A stretch of 64,000 nucleotides of DNA from Squalus acanthias (Eukaryota). The translations under genes and the position numbers were made by a program. A model generated the notes under the pieces. The model was not told where the DNA came from. It made no database searches and worked only from the letters and a program-made list of their open reading frames with translations. The first letter of the stretch is position 1. Each line of letters begins with the position of its first letter. Location: the NCBI GenBank assembly GCA_030390025.1, contig JASTWF010000335.1:124001-188000 (forward strand), in the 5' to 3' direction. Below, one piece after another: positions 15,401 to 30,400 of this stretch.

Positions 15401-18400
15401 TCAGTATCTCTCTATGGTGTGTCACTCTCTAGATTAGATCAGTATCTCTCTATGGTGTGTCACTCTCTAGATTAGATCAGTATCTCTCTATGGTGTGTCA
15501 CTCTCTAGATTAGATCAGTATCTCTATGGTGTGTCACTCTCTAGATTAGATCAGTATCTCTCTATGGTGTGTCACTCTCTAGATTAGATCAGTATCTCTC
15601 TATGGTGTGTCACTCTCTAGATTAGATCAGTATCTCTATGGTGTGTCACTCTCTAGATTAGATCAGTATCTCTCTATGGTGTGTCACTCTCTAGATTAGA
15701 TCAGTATCTCTCTATGGTGTGTCACTCTCTAGATTAGATCAGTATCTCTCTATGGTGTGTCACTCTCTAGATTAGATCAGTATCTCTATGGTGTGTCACT
15801 CTCTAGATTAGATCAGTATCTCTATGGTGTGTCACTCTCTAGATTAGATCAGTATCTCTCTATGGTGTGTCACTCTCTAGATTAGATCAGTATCTCTCTA
15901 TGGTGTGTCACTCTCTAGATTAGATCAGAATCTCTATGGTGTGTCACTCTCTAGATTAGATCAGTATCTCTCTATGGTGTGTCTCTCTCTAGATTAGATC
16001 AGTATCTCTCTATGGTGTGTCACTCTCTAGATTAGATCAGTATCTCTCTATGGTGTGTCACTCTCTAGATTAGATCAGTGTCTCTCCTTGGTGTGTCACT
16101 CTACTAGATTGATCAGATCTCTCTATGGTGTGTCAGTCACTAGACTAGATCAGTATCTCTCTATGGTGTGTCACTCTCTAGATTAGATCAGTATCTCTAT
16201 GGTGTGTCACTCTCTAGATTGATCAGTATCTCTCTATGGTGTGTCCACTCTCTAGATTAGATCAGTATCTCTCTGGTGTGTCACTCTCTCAGATTAGATC
16301 TGTATCTCTCTCTGGTGTGTGTCACTCTCTAGATTAGATCGTATCTCTCTATGGTGTGTCACTCTCTAGATTAGCTCAGTATCTCTCTATGATGTGTCAC
16401 TCTCTAGATTAGATCAGTATCTCCTGGTGTGCCTCTCTAGATTAGAACAGTTTCTCTCATGTGTGGTTTCACTCTCTAGATTAGATCAGTATCTCTCTTG
16501 GTGTGTCACTCTCTAGATTAGATCAGTATCTCTCTATGGTGTGTCACTCTCTAGATTAGATCAGTATCTCTCTATGGTGTGTCACTCTCTAGATTAGATC
16601 AGTATCTCTCTATGGTGTTTCACTCTCTAGATTAGATCAGTATCTCTCTATGGTGTGTCACTCTCTAGATTAGATCAGTATCTCTCTATGGTGTGTCACT
16701 CTCTAGATTAGATCAGTATCTCTCTATGGTGTGTCACTCTCTAGATTAGATCAGTATCTCTCTATGGTGTGTCACTCTCTAGATTAGATCAGTATCTCTC
16801 TATGGTGTGTCACTCTCTAGATTAGATCAGTATCTCTCTATGGTGTGTCACTCTCTAGATTAGATCAGTATCTCTCTATGGTGTGTCACTCTCTAGATTA
16901 GATCAGTATCTCTCTATGGTGTTTCACTCTCTAGATTAGATCAGTATCTCTCTATGGTGTGTCACTCTCTAGATTAGATCAGTATCTCTCTATGGTGTGT
17001 CACTCTCTAGATTAGATCAGTATCTCTCTATGGTGTGTCACTCTCTAGATTAGATCAGTATCTCTCTATGGTGTGTCACTCTCTAGATTAGATCAGTATC
17101 TCTCTATGGTGTGTCACTCTCTAGATTAGATCAGTATCTCTCTATGGTGTGTCACTCTCTAGATTAGATCAGTATCTCTATGGTGTGTCACTCTCTAGAT
17201 TAGATCAGTATCTCTCTATGGTGTGTCACTCTCTAGATTAGATCAGTATCTCTCTATGGTGTGTCACTCTCTAGATTAGATCAGTATCTCTCTATGGTGT
17301 TTCACTCTCTAGATTAGATCAGTATCTCTATGGTGTGTCACTCTCTAGATTAGATCAGTATCTCTCTATGGTGTGTCACTCTCTAGATTAGATCAGTATC
17401 TCTCTATGGTGTGTCACTCTCTAGATTAGATCAGTATCTCTCTATGGTGTGTCACTCTCTAGATTAGATCAGTATCTCTCTATGGTGTGTCACTCTCTAG
17501 ATTAGATCAGTATCTCTCTATGGTGTGTCACTCTCTAGATTAGATCAGTATCTCTCTATGGTGTGTCACTCTCTAGATTAGATCAGTATCTCTCTATGGT
17601 GTGTCACTCTCTAGATTAGATCAGTATCTCTCTATGGTGTGTCACTCTCTAGATTAGATCAGTATCTCTCTATGGTGTGTCACTCTCTAGATTAGATCAG
17701 TATCTCTCTATGGTGTGTCACTCTCTAGATTAGATCAGTATCTCTCTATGGTGTGTCACTCTCTAGATTAGATCAGTATCTCTATGGTGTGTCACTCTCT
17801 AGATTAGATCAGTATCTCTCTATGGTGTGTCACTCTCTAGATTAGATCAGTATCTCTCTATGGTGTGTCACTCTCTAGATTAGATCAGTATCTCTATGGT
17901 GTGTCACTCTCTAGATTAGATCAGTATCTCTCTATGGTGTGTCACTCTCTAGATTAGATCAGTATCTCTCTATGGTGTGTCACTCTCTAGATTAGATCAG
18001 TATCTCTCTATGGTGTGTCACTCTCTAGATTAGATCAGTATCTCTCTATGGTGTGTCACTCTCTAGATTAGATCAGTATCTCTCTATGGTGTGTCACTCT
18101 CTAGATTAGATCAGTATCTCTCTATGGTGTGTCACTCTCTAGATTAGATCAGTATCTCTCCATGGTGTGTCTCTCTAGATTAGAACAGTTTCTCTCTATG
18201 GTGTTTCACTCTCTAGATTAGATCAGTATCTCTCTATGGTGTGTCACTCTCTAGATTAGATCAGTATCTCTCTATGGTGTGTCACTCTCTAGATTAGATC
18301 AGTATCTCTCTATGGTGTGTCACTCTCTAGATTAGATCAGTATCTCTCTATGGTGTGTCACTCTCTAGATTAGATCAGTATCTCTCTATGGTGTGTCACT

Positions 18401-21400
18401 CTCTAGATTAGATCAGTATCTCTATGGTGTGTCACTCTCTAGATTAGATCAGTATCTCTCTATGGTGTGTCACTCTCTAGATTAGATCAGTATCTCTCTA
18501 TGGTGTTTCACTCTCTAGATTAGATCAGTATCTCTCTATGGTGTGTCACTCTCTTAGATTAGATCAGTATCTCTCTATGGTGTGTCACTCTCTTAGATTA
18601 GATCAGTATCTCTCTATGGTGTGTCACTCTCTAGATTAGATCAGTATCTCTATGGTGTGTCACTCTCTAGATTAGATCAGTATCTCTCTATGGTGTGTCA
18701 CTCTCTAGATTAGATCAGTATCTCTCTATGGTGTGTCACTCTCTAGATTAGATCAGTATCTCTCTATGGTGTGTCACTCTCTAGATTAGATCAGTATCTC
18801 TCTATGGTGTGTCACTCTCTAGATTAGATCAGTATCTCTCTATGTGTGTCACCTCTAGATTAGATCAGTATCTCTCTATGGTGTTTCACTCTCTAGATTA
18901 GATCAGTATCTCTCTATGGTGTGTCACTCTCTAGATTAGATCAGTATCTCTCTATGGTGTGTCACTCTCTAGATTAGATCAGTATCTCTCTATGGTGTGT
19001 CACTCTCTAGATTAGATCAGTATCTCTCTATGGTGTGTCACTCTCTAGATTAGATCAGTATCTCTCTATGGTGTGTCACTCTCTAGATTAGATCAGTATC
19101 TCTATGGTGTGTCACTCTCTAGATTAGATCAGTATCTCTCTATGGTGTGTCACTCTCTAGATTAGATCAGTATCTCTCTATGGTGTGTCACTCTCTAGAT
19201 TAGATCAGTATCTCTATGGTGTGTCACTCTCTAGATTAGATCAGTATCTCTCTATGGTGTGTCACTCTCTAGATTAGATCAGTATCTCTCTATGGTGTGT
19301 CACTCTCTAGATTAGATCAGTATCTCTCTATGGTGTGTCACTCTCTAGATTAGATCAGTATCTCTCTATGAGTGTGTCACTCTCTAGATTAGATCAGTAT
19401 CTCTCTATGGTGTGTCACTCTCTAGATTAGATCAGTATCTCTCTATGGTGTGTCACTCTCTAGATTAGATCAGTAACTCTCTATGGTGTGTCACTCTCTA
19501 GATTAGATCAGTATCTCTCTATGGTGTGTCACTCTCTAGATTAGATCAGTATCTCTCTATGGTGTGTCACTCTCTAGATTAGATCAGTATCTCTATGGTG
19601 TGTCACTCTCTAGATTAGATCAGTATCTCTCTATGGTGTGTCACTCTCTAGATTAGATCAGTATCTCTCTATGGTGTTTCACTCTCTAGATTAGATCAGT
19701 ATCTCTCTATGGTGTGTCACTCTCTAGATTAGATCAGTATCTCTCTATGGTGTGTCACTCTCTAGATTAGATCAGTATCTCTCTATGGTGTGTCACTCTC
19801 TAGATTAGATCAGTATCTCTCTATGGTGTGTCACTCTCTAGATTAGATCAGAATCTCTCTATGGTGTGTCACTCTCTAGATTAGATCAGTATCTCTCTAT
19901 GGTGTGTCACTCTCTAGATTAGATCAGTATCTCTATGGTGTGTCACTCTCTAGATTAGATCAGTATCTCTCTATGGTGTGTCACTCTCTAGATTAGATCA
20001 GTATCTCTCTATAGATCAGTATCTCTATGGAGTGTCACTCTCTAGATTAGATCAGTATCTCTCTATGGTGTGTCACTCTCTAGTTAGATCAGCGTCTCTC
20101 TATGGTGTGTCACTCTCTAGATTTGATCAGTATCTCTCTATGGTGTGTCCACTCTTCTAGATTAGATCAGTATCTCTCTATGGTTGTGTCACTCTCTAGA
20201 TTAGATCAGAATCTCTCTATGGTGTGTCACTCTCTAGATTTAGATCAGTATCTCTCTATGGTGTGTCACTCTCTAGATTAGATCAGTATCTCTCTATGGT
20301 GTGTCACTCTCTAGATTAGATCAGTCTCTCTATGGTGTGTCACTCTCTAGATTTAGATCAGTATCTCTCTATGATGTTTCACTCTCTAGATAGATCAGTA
20401 TTCTCTTATGGGGTGTCACTCTCTAGATTAGTCAGTAGTCTCTATGGTGTGTCACTCTCTAGATTAGATCAGTATCTCTCTATGGTGTGTCACTCTCTAG
20501 ATTAGATCAGTATCTCTCTATGGTGTGTCACTCTCTAGATTAGATCAGTATCTCTCTATGGTGTGTCACTCTCTAGATTAGATCAGTATCTCTCTATGGT
20601 GTGTCACTCTCTAGATTAGATCAGAATCTCTCTATGGTGTGTCACTCTCTAGATTAGATCAGTATCTCTCTATGGTGTGTCACTCTCTAGATTAGATCAG
20701 TATCTCTCTATGGTGTGTCACTCTCTAGATTAGATCAGTATCTCTATGGTGTGTCACTCTAGATTAGATCAGTATCTCTCTATGGTGTGTCACTCTCTAG
20801 ATTAGATCAGTATCTCTCTATGGTGTGTCACTCTCTTGAATAGATCAGTATCTCTCTATGGTGTGTCACTCTCTAGATTAGATCAGTATCTCTCTATGGT
20901 GTGTCACTCTCTAGATTAGATCAGTATCTCTCTATGGTGTGTCACTCTCTAGATTAGATCAGTATCTCTCTATGGTGTGTCACTCTCTAGATTAGATCAG
21001 TATCTCTCTATGGTGTGTCACTCTCTAGATTAGATCAGTATCTCTCTATGGTGTGTCACTCTCTAGATTAGATCAGTATCTCTCTATGGTGTGTCACTCT
21101 CTAGATTAGATCAGTATATCTCTATGGTGTGTCACTCTCTAGATTAGATCAGTATCTCTCTATGGGTGTGTCACTCTCTAGATTAGATCAGTATCTCTCT
21201 ATGGTGTGTCACTCTCTAGATTAGATCAGTATCTCTCTATGGTGTGTCACTCTCTAGATTAGATCAGTATCTCTCTATGGTGTGTTCACTCTCTAGATTA
21301 GATCAGTATCTCTATGGTGTGTCACTCTCTAGATTAGATCAGTAACTCTCTATGGTGTGTCACTCTCTAGATTAGATCAGTACTCTCTATGGTGTGTCAC

Positions 21401-24400
21401 TCTCTAGATTAGATCAGTATCTCTCTATGGTGTGTCACTCTCTAGATTAGATCAGTATCTCTCTATGGTGTGTCACTCTCTAGATTAGATCAGTATCTCT
21501 CTATGGTGTGTCACTCTCTAGATTAGATCAGTATCTCTCTATGGTGTGGTCACTCTCTAGATTAGATCAGTATCTCTATGGTGTGTCACTCTCTAGATTA
21601 GATCAGTATCTCTCTATGGTGTGTCACTCTCTAGATTAGATCAGTATCTCTCTATGGTGTGTCACTCTCTAGATTAGATCAGTATCTCTCTATGGTGTGT
21701 CACTCTCTAGATTAGATCAGTATCTCTCCATGGTGTGTCTCTCTAGATTAGAACAGTTTCTCTCTATGGTGTTTCACTCTCTAGATTAGATCAGTATCTC
21801 TCTATGGTGTGTCACTCTCTAGATTAGATCAGTATCTCTCTATGGTGTGTCACTCTCTAGATTAGATCAGTATCTCTCTATGGTGTGTCACTCTCTAGAT
21901 TAGATCAGTATCTCTCTATGGTGTGTCACTCTCTAGATTAGATCAGTATCTCTCTATGGTGTGTCACTCTCTAGATTAGATCAGTATCTCTATGGTGTGT
22001 CACTCTCTAGATTAGATCAGTATCTCTCTATGGTGTGTCACTCTCTAGATTAGATCAGTATCTCTCTATGGTGTGTCACTCTCTAGATTAGATCAGTATC
22101 TCTATGGTGTGTCACTCTCTAGATTAGATCAGTATCTCTCTATGGTGTGTCACTCTCTAGATTAGATCAGTATCTCTCTATGGTGTGTCACTCTCTAGAT
22201 TAGATCAGTATCTCTCTATGGTGTGTCACTCTCTAGATTAGATCAGTATCTCTATGGTGTGTCACTCTCTAGATTAGATCAGTATCTCTCTATGGTGTGT
22301 CACTCTCTAGATTAGATCAGTATCTCTCTATGGTGTGTCACTCTCTAGATTAGATCAGTATCTCTCTATGGTGTGTCACTCTCTAGATTAGATCAGTATC
22401 TCTCTATGGTGTGTCACTCTCTAGATTAGATCAGTATCTCTCTATGGTGTGTCACTCTCTAGATTAGATCAGTATCTCTCTATGGTGTGTCACTCTCTAG
22501 ATTAGATCAGTATCTCTCTATGGTGTGTCACTCTCTAGATTAGATCAGTATCTCTCTATGGTGTGTCACTCTCTAGATTAGATCAGTATCTCTCTATGGT
22601 GTGTCACTCTCTAGATTAGATCAGTATCTCTCTATGGTGTGTCACTCTCTAGATTAGATCAGTATCTCTCTATGGTGTGTCACTCTCTAGATTAGATCAG
22701 TATCTCTCTATGGTGTGTCACTCTCTAGATTAGATCAGTATCTCTCTATGGTGTGTCACTCTCTAGATTAGATCAGTATCTCTCTATGGTGTGTCACTCT
22801 CTAGATTAGATCAGTATCTCTCTATGGTGTGTCACTCTCTAGATTAGATCAGTATCTCTCTATGGTGTGTCACTCTCTAGATTAGATCAGTATCTCTCTA
22901 TGGTGTGTCACTCTCTAGATTAGATCAGTATCTCTATGGTGTGTCACTCTCTAGATTAGATCAGTATCTCTCTATGGTGTGTCACTCTCTAGATTAGATC
23001 AGTATCTCTCTATGGTGTGTCACTCTCTAGATTAGATCAGTATCTCTCTATGGTGTGTCACTCTCTAGATTAGATCAGTATCTCTATGGTGTGTCACTCT
23101 CTAGATTAGATCAGTATCTCTCTATGGTGTGTCACTCTCTAGATTAGATCAGTATCTCTATGGTTGTGTCACTCTTAGATTAGATCAGTATCTCTCTATG
23201 GATGTGTCTCTCTCTAGATTAGATCAGTATCTCTATGGTTTGTCACTCTCTAGATAGATCAGTAACTCTCTATGGTTTGTCACTCCTTAGATTAGATCAG
23301 TATCTCTCTATGGTGTGTCACTCTCTAGATTAGATCAGAATCTCTATGGTGTGTCACTCTCTAGATTAGATCAGTATCTCTCTTTGGTGTGTCACTCTCT
23401 AGATTAGATCAGTATCTCTCTTTGGTGTGTCACTCTCTAGATTGATCAGAATCTCTCTATGGTGTGTCACTCTCTAGATTAGATCAGTATCTCTCTATGG
23501 ATGTGTCACTTCTAGATTAGATCAGTATCTCTCTATGGTGTGTCACTTCTAGATTAGAACAGTATCTCTATGGTGTGTCTCTCTCTAGATTAGATCAGTA
23601 TCTCTCTATGGTGTGTCACTCTCTAGATTAGATCAGTATCTCTATGGTGTGTCACTCTCTAGATTAGATCAGTATCTCTCTATGGTGTTTCACTCTCTAG
23701 ATTAGATCAGTCTCTCTCTAGGGTGTGTCCACTCTCTAGATTAAGTCAGTACTCTCTCTATGGTGTGTCACTCTCTAGATTAGATCAGTATCTCTCTATG
23801 GTGTGTCACTCTCTAGATTAGATCAGAATCTCTCTATGGTGTGTCACTCTCTAGATTAGATCAGTATCTCTCTATGGTGTGTCACTCTCTAGATTAGATC
23901 AGTATCTCTCTATGGTGTGTCACTCTCTAGATTAGATCAGTATCTCTCTATGGTGTGTCACTCTCTAGATTAGATCAGTATCTCTCTATGGTGTGTCACT
24001 CTCTAGATTAGATCAGTATCTCTCTATGGTGTGTCACTCTCTAGATTAGATCAGTAATCTCTCTATGGTGTGTCACTCTCTAGATTAGATCAGTATCTCT
24101 CTATGGTGTGTCACTCTCTAGATTAGATCAGTATCTCTCTATGGTGTGTCTCTCTCTAGATTAGATCAGTTTCTCTCTATGGTGTGTCACTCTCTAGATT
24201 AGATCAGTATCTCTCTATGGTTGCACTCTCTAGATTAGATCAGTATCTCTCTATGGTGTGTCACTCTCTAGATTAGATCAGTATCTCTCTATGGTGTGTC
24301 ACTCTCTAGATTAGATCAGTATCTCTCTATGTGTGTCACTCTCTAGATTAGATCAGTATCTCTCTATGGTGTGTCACTCTCTAGATTAGATCAGTATCTC

Positions 24401-27400
24401 CTATGGTGTGTCACTCTCTAGATTAGATCAGTATCTCTCTATGGTGTGTCACTCTCTAGATTAGATCAGTATCTCTCTATGGTGTGTCACTCTCTAGATT
24501 AGATCAGTATCTCTCTATGGTGTGTCACTCTCTAGATTAGATCAGTATCTCTCTATGGTGTGTCACTCTCTAGATTAGATCAGTATCTCTCTTGGTGTGT
24601 CACTCTCTAGATTAGATCAGTATCTCTATGGTGTGTCACTCTCTAGATTAGATCAGTATCTCTCTATGGTGTGTCACTCTCTAGATTAGATCAGTATCTC
24701 TCTATGGTGTGTCACTCTCTAGATTAGATCAGTATCTCTCTATGGTGTGTCACTCTCTAGATTAGATCAGTATCTCTCTATGGTGTGTCACTCTCTAGAT
24801 TAGATCAGTATCCTCTATGGTGTGTCACTCTCTAGATTAGATCAGTATCTCTATGGTGTGTCACTCTCTAGATTAGATCAGTATCTCTCTATGGTGTGTC
24901 ACTCTCTAGATTAGATCAGTATCTCTCTATGGTGTGTCACTCTCTAGATTAGATCAGTATCTCTCTATGGTGTGTCACTCTCTAGATTAGATCAGTATCT
25001 CTATGGTGTGTCACTCTCTAGATTAGATCAGTATCTCTCTATGGTGTGTCACTCTCTAGATTAGATCAGTATCTCTCTATGGTGTGTCACTCTCTAGATT
25101 AGATCAGTATCTCTCTGGTGTGTCACTCTCTAGATTAGATCAGTATCTCTCTATGGTGTGTCACTCTCTAGATTAGATCAGTATCTCTCTATGGTGTGTC
25201 ACTCTCTAGATTAGATCAGTATCTCTCTATGGTGTGTCACTCTCTAGATTAGATCAGTATCTCTATGGTGTGTCACTCTCTAGATTAGATCAGTATCTCT
25301 CTATGGTGTGTCACTCTCTAGATTAGATCAGTATCTCTCTATGGTGTGTCACTCTCTAGATTAGATCAGTATCTCTCTATGGTGTGTCACTCTCTAGATT
25401 AGATCAGTATCTCTATGGTGTGTCACTCTCTAGATTAGATCAGTATCTCTCTATGGTGTGTCACTCTCTAGATTAGATCAGTATCTCTCTATGGTGTGTC
25501 ACTCTCTAGATTAGATCAGTATCTCTCTATGGTGTGTCACTCTCTAGATTAGATCAGTATCTCTCTATGGTGTGTCACTCTCTAGATTAGATCAGTATCT
25601 CTCTATGGTGTGTCACTCTCTAGATTAGATCAGTATCTCTCTATGGTGTGTCACTCTCTAGATTAGATCAGTATCTCTCTATGGTGTGTCACTCTCTAGA
25701 TTAGATCAGTATCTCTCTATGGTGTGTCACTCTCTAGATTAGATCAGTATCTCTCTATGGTGTGTCACTCTCTAGATTAGATCAGTATCTCTCTATGGTG
25801 TGTCACTCTCTAGATTAGATCAGTATCTCTCTATGGTGTGTCACTCTCCTAGATTAGATCAGTATCTCTCTATGGTGTGTCACTCTCTAGATTAGATCAG
25901 TACTCTCTATGGTGTGTCACTCTCTAGATTAGATCAGAATCTCTCTATGGTGTGTCACTCTCTAGATTAGATCAGTATCTCTCTATGGTGTGTCACTCTC
26001 TAGATTAGATCAGTATCTCTCTATGGGTGTCACTCTCTAGATTAGATCAGATCTCTCTATGGTGTGTCACTCTCTAGATTAGATCAGTATCTCTCTATGG
26101 TGTGTCACTCTCTAGATTAGATCCAGTATTCTCTATGGTGTGTCACTCTCTAGATTAGATCAGTATCTCTCTATGGTGTGTCATCTCTAGATTAGATCAG
26201 TATCTCTCTATGGTGTGTCACTCTCTAGATTAGATCAGTAAACTCTCTATGGTGTGTCACTCTCCCTAGATTAGATCAGTATCTCTCTATGGTGTGTCAC
26301 TCTCTAGATTAGTTCAGTATCTCTCTATGGTGTGGTCACTCTCTAGATTAGATCAGTATCTCTCTATGGGTGTGTCTCTCTCTAGATTAGATCAGTATCT
26401 GCTCTCTATGGTGTGTCTCTCTCTAGATTAGATCAGTTATCTCTCTATGGTGTGTCTCTCTCTAGATTAGATCAGTATCTCTCTATGGTGTGTCACTCTC
26501 TAGATTAGATCAGATCTCTCTATGGGTGTTCACTCTCTGGATTAGATCAGTATCTCTCTATGGTGTGGTCTCTTCTCTAGATTAGATCAGTATCTCTCTA
26601 TGGTGTGTCACTCTCTAGATTAGATCAGTATTCTCGTCTATGGTGTGTCACTTCTCTAGGATTAGATCAGTATCTCATTATGGTGTTTTCACGCCTCTAG
26701 ATTAGATCAGTATCTCTATGGTGTGTCGCTCTCTAGATTAGATTAGTATCTCTCTATGGTGTGTCACTCTCTAGATTAGATCAGTATCTCTCTATGGTGT
26801 GTCAGTCTCTCTCTAGATTGGGGGGGGGGAGATCAGTATCTCTCTAGGTCTTTCACTCGCTAGATTAGATCAATGTCTCTCTATGGTGTGTCACTCTCTA
26901 GATTAGATCAGTATCTCTCTATGGTGTGGTCACTTCTCTAGATTAGATCAGTATCTCTCTATGGTGTGTCACTCTCTAGATTAGATCAGTATCTCTCTAT
27001 GGTGTGTCCTCTCTAGATTAGATCTGTTCTCTCAATGGTGTGTCACTCTCTAGATATAGATCCAGTATCTCTCTATGGTGTGTCACTCTCTAGGATTAGA
27101 TCAGTATCTCTCTATGGTGTGTCACTCTCTAGATAGATCAGTATCTCTCTATGGGTGTCAACTCTCTAGATTAGATCAGTATCTCTCTATGGTGTGTCCA
27201 CTCTCTAGATTAGATCAGTATCTCTCATGGATGTTTCACTCTCTAGATTAGATCAGTATCTCTCTATGTGTGTCACTCTCTAGATTAGATCAGTATCTCT
27301 CTATGGTGTGTCACTCTCTAGATTAGATCAGTATCTCTCTATGTGTGTCCTCATCTAGATTAGATCAGTATCTCTCTATGATGTTTCACTCTCGAGATTA

Positions 27401-30400
27401 GATCAGTATCTCTCTATGGTTGTGTCACTCTCTAGATTAGATCAGTATCTCTCTATGGTGTTTCACTCTCTAGATTAGATCAGTATCTCTCTATGGTGTG
27501 TCACTCTCTAGATTAGATCAGAATCTCTCTATGGTGTGTCACTCTCTAGATTAGATCAGTATCTCTCTATGGTGTGTCACTCTCTAGATTAGATCAGTAT
27601 CTCTATGGTGTGTCACTCTCTAGATTAGATCAGTATCTCTCTATGGTGTGTCACTCTCTAGATTAGATCAGTATCTCTCTATGGTGTGTCACTCTCTAGA
27701 TTAGATCAGTATCTCTCTATGGTGTGTCTCTCTAGATTAGATCAGTATCTCTCTATGGTGTGTCACTCTCTAGATTAGATCAGTATCTCTCTATGGTGTG
27801 TCACTCTCTAGATTAGATCAGTATCTCTCTATGGTGTGTCACTCTCTAGATTAGATCAGTATCTCTCTATGGTGTGTCACTCTCTAGATTAGATCAGTAT
27901 CTCTCTATGGTGTGTCACTCTCTAGATTAGATCAGTATCTCTCTATGGTGTGTCACTCTCTAGATTAGATCAGTATCTCTCTATGGTGTGTCACTCTCTA
28001 GATTAGATCAGTATCTCTCTATGGTGTGTCACTCTCTAGATTAGATCAGTATCTCTCTATGGTGTGTCACTCTCTAGATTAGATCAGTATCTCTCTATGG
28101 TGTGTCACTCTCTAGATTAGATCAGTATCTCTCTATGGTGTGTCACTCTCTAGATTAGATCAGTATCTCTCTATGGTGTGTCACTCTCTAGATTAGATCA
28201 GTATCTCTATGGTGTGTCTCTCTCTAGATTAGATCAGTATCTCTCTATGGTGTGTCACTCTCTAGATTAGATCAGTATCTCTCTATGGTGTGTCACTCTC
28301 TAGATTAGATCAGTATCTCTCTATGGTGTGTCACTCTCTAGATTAGATCAGATCTCTCTATGGTGTGTCACTCTCTAGATTAGATCAGTATCTCTCTATG
28401 GTGTGTCACTCTCTAGATTAGATCAGTATCTCTCTATGGTGTGTCACTCTCTAGATTAGATCAGTATCTCTCTATGGTGTGTCACTCTCTAGATTAGATC
28501 AGTATCTCTCTATGGTGTGTCACTCTCTAGATTAGATCAGTATCTCTCTATGGTGTGTCACTCTCTAGATTAGATCAGTATCTCTCTATGGTGTGTCACT
28601 CTCTAGATTAGATCAGTATCTCTCTATGGTGTGTCACTCTCTAGATTAGATCAGTATCTCTCTATGGTGTGTCACTCTCTAGATTAGATCAGTATCTCTC
28701 TATGGTGTGTCACTCTCTAGATTAGATCAGTATCTCTTATGGTGTGTCACTCTCTAGATTAGATCAGTATCTCTCTATGGTGTGTCACTCTCTAGATTAG
28801 ATCAGTATCTCTCTATGGTGTGTCACTCTCTAGATTAGATCAGTATCTCTCTATGGTGTGTCACTCTCTAGATTAGATCAGTATCTCTCTATGGTGTGTC
28901 ACTCTCTAGATTAGATCAGTATCTCTCTATGGTGTGTCACTCTCTAGATTAGATCAGTATCTCTCTATGGTGTGTCACTCTCTAGATTAGATCAGTATCT
29001 CTCTATGGTGTGTCACTCTCTAGATTAGATCAGTATCTCTATGGTGTGTCACTCTCTAGATTAGATCAGTATCTCTCTATGGTGTGTCACTCTCTAGATT
29101 AGATCAGTATCTCTCTATGGTGTGTCACTCTCTAGATTAGATCAGTATCTCTCTATGGTGTGTCACTCTCTAGATTAGATCAGTATCTCTCTATGGTGTG
29201 TCACTCTCTAGATTAGATCAGTATCTCTCTATGGTGTGTCACTCTCTAGATTAGATCAGTATCTCTCTATGGTGTGTCACTCTCTAGATTAGATCAGTAT
29301 CTCTATGGTGTGTCACTCTCTAGATTAGATCAGTATCTCTATGGTGTGTCACTCTCTAGATTAGATCAGTATCTCTCTATGGTGTGTCACTCTCTAGATT
29401 AGATCAGTATCTCTCTATGGTGTGTCTCTCTCTAGATTAGATCAGTATCTCTCTATGGTGTGTCACTCTCTAGATTAGATCAGTATCTCTATGGTGTGTC
29501 ACTCTCTAGATTAGATCAGTATCTCTCTATGGTGTGTCACTCTCTAGATTAGATCAGTATCTCTCTATGGTGTGTCACTCTCTAGATTAGATCAGTATCT
29601 CTCTATGGTGTGTCACTCTCTAGATTAGATCAGTATCTCTCTATGGTGTGTCACTCTCTAGATTAGATCAGTATCTCTCTATGGTGTGTCACTCTCTAGA
29701 TTAGATCAGTATCTCTCTATGGTGTGTCACTCTCTAGATTAGATCAGTATCTCTCTATGGTGTGTCACTCTCTAGATTAGATCAGTATCTCTCTATGGTG
29801 TGTCACTCTCTAGATTAGATCAGTATCTCTCTATGGTGTGTCACTCTCTAGATTAGATCAGTATCTCTCTATGGTGTTTCACTCTCTAGATTAGATCAGT
29901 ATCTCTCTATGGTGTGTCACTCTCTAGATTAGATCAGTATCTCTCTATGGTGTGTCACTCTCTAGATTAGATCAGTATCTCTCTATGGTGTGTCACTCTC
30001 TAGATTAGATCAGTATCTCTATGGTGTGTCACTCTCTAGATTAGATCAGTATCTCTCTATGGTGTGTCACTCTCTAGATTAGATCAGTATCTCTCTATGG
30101 TGTGTCACTCTCTAGATTAGATCAGTATCTCTCTATGGTGTGTCTCTCTAGATTAGATCAGTATCTCTCTATGGTGTGTCACTCTCTAGATTAGATCAGT
30201 ATCTCTCTATGGTGTTGCACTCTCTAGATTAGATCAGTATCTCTCTATGGTGTGTCACTCTCTAGATTAGATCAGTATCTCTCTATGGTGTGTCACTCTC
30301 TAGATTAGATCAGTATCTCTCTATGGTGTGTCACTCTCTAGATTAGATCAGTATCTCTCTATGGTGTGTCACTCTCTAGATTAGATCAGTATCTCTCTAT

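Noticed and set aside
5897..20160. Short ORFs in the satellite (5897-6139, 14130-14342, 19978-20160)
   Set aside because: They occur only in indel-rich patches where the recurrent TAG stops are disrupted and are translations of the repeat.
26000..27400. Diverged patches and a poly-G run (26820-26829) as sub-domains or insertions in the array
   Set aside because: Scattered non-recurrent 1-bp indels, also near 5.5-6.4, 12.5-13, 14-14.5, 16.1-16.5, 32.7-33, 35-35.9, 37-37.6 and 40-41.9 kb, look like low-coverage long-read consensus errors. The very uniform stretches may be over-polished.
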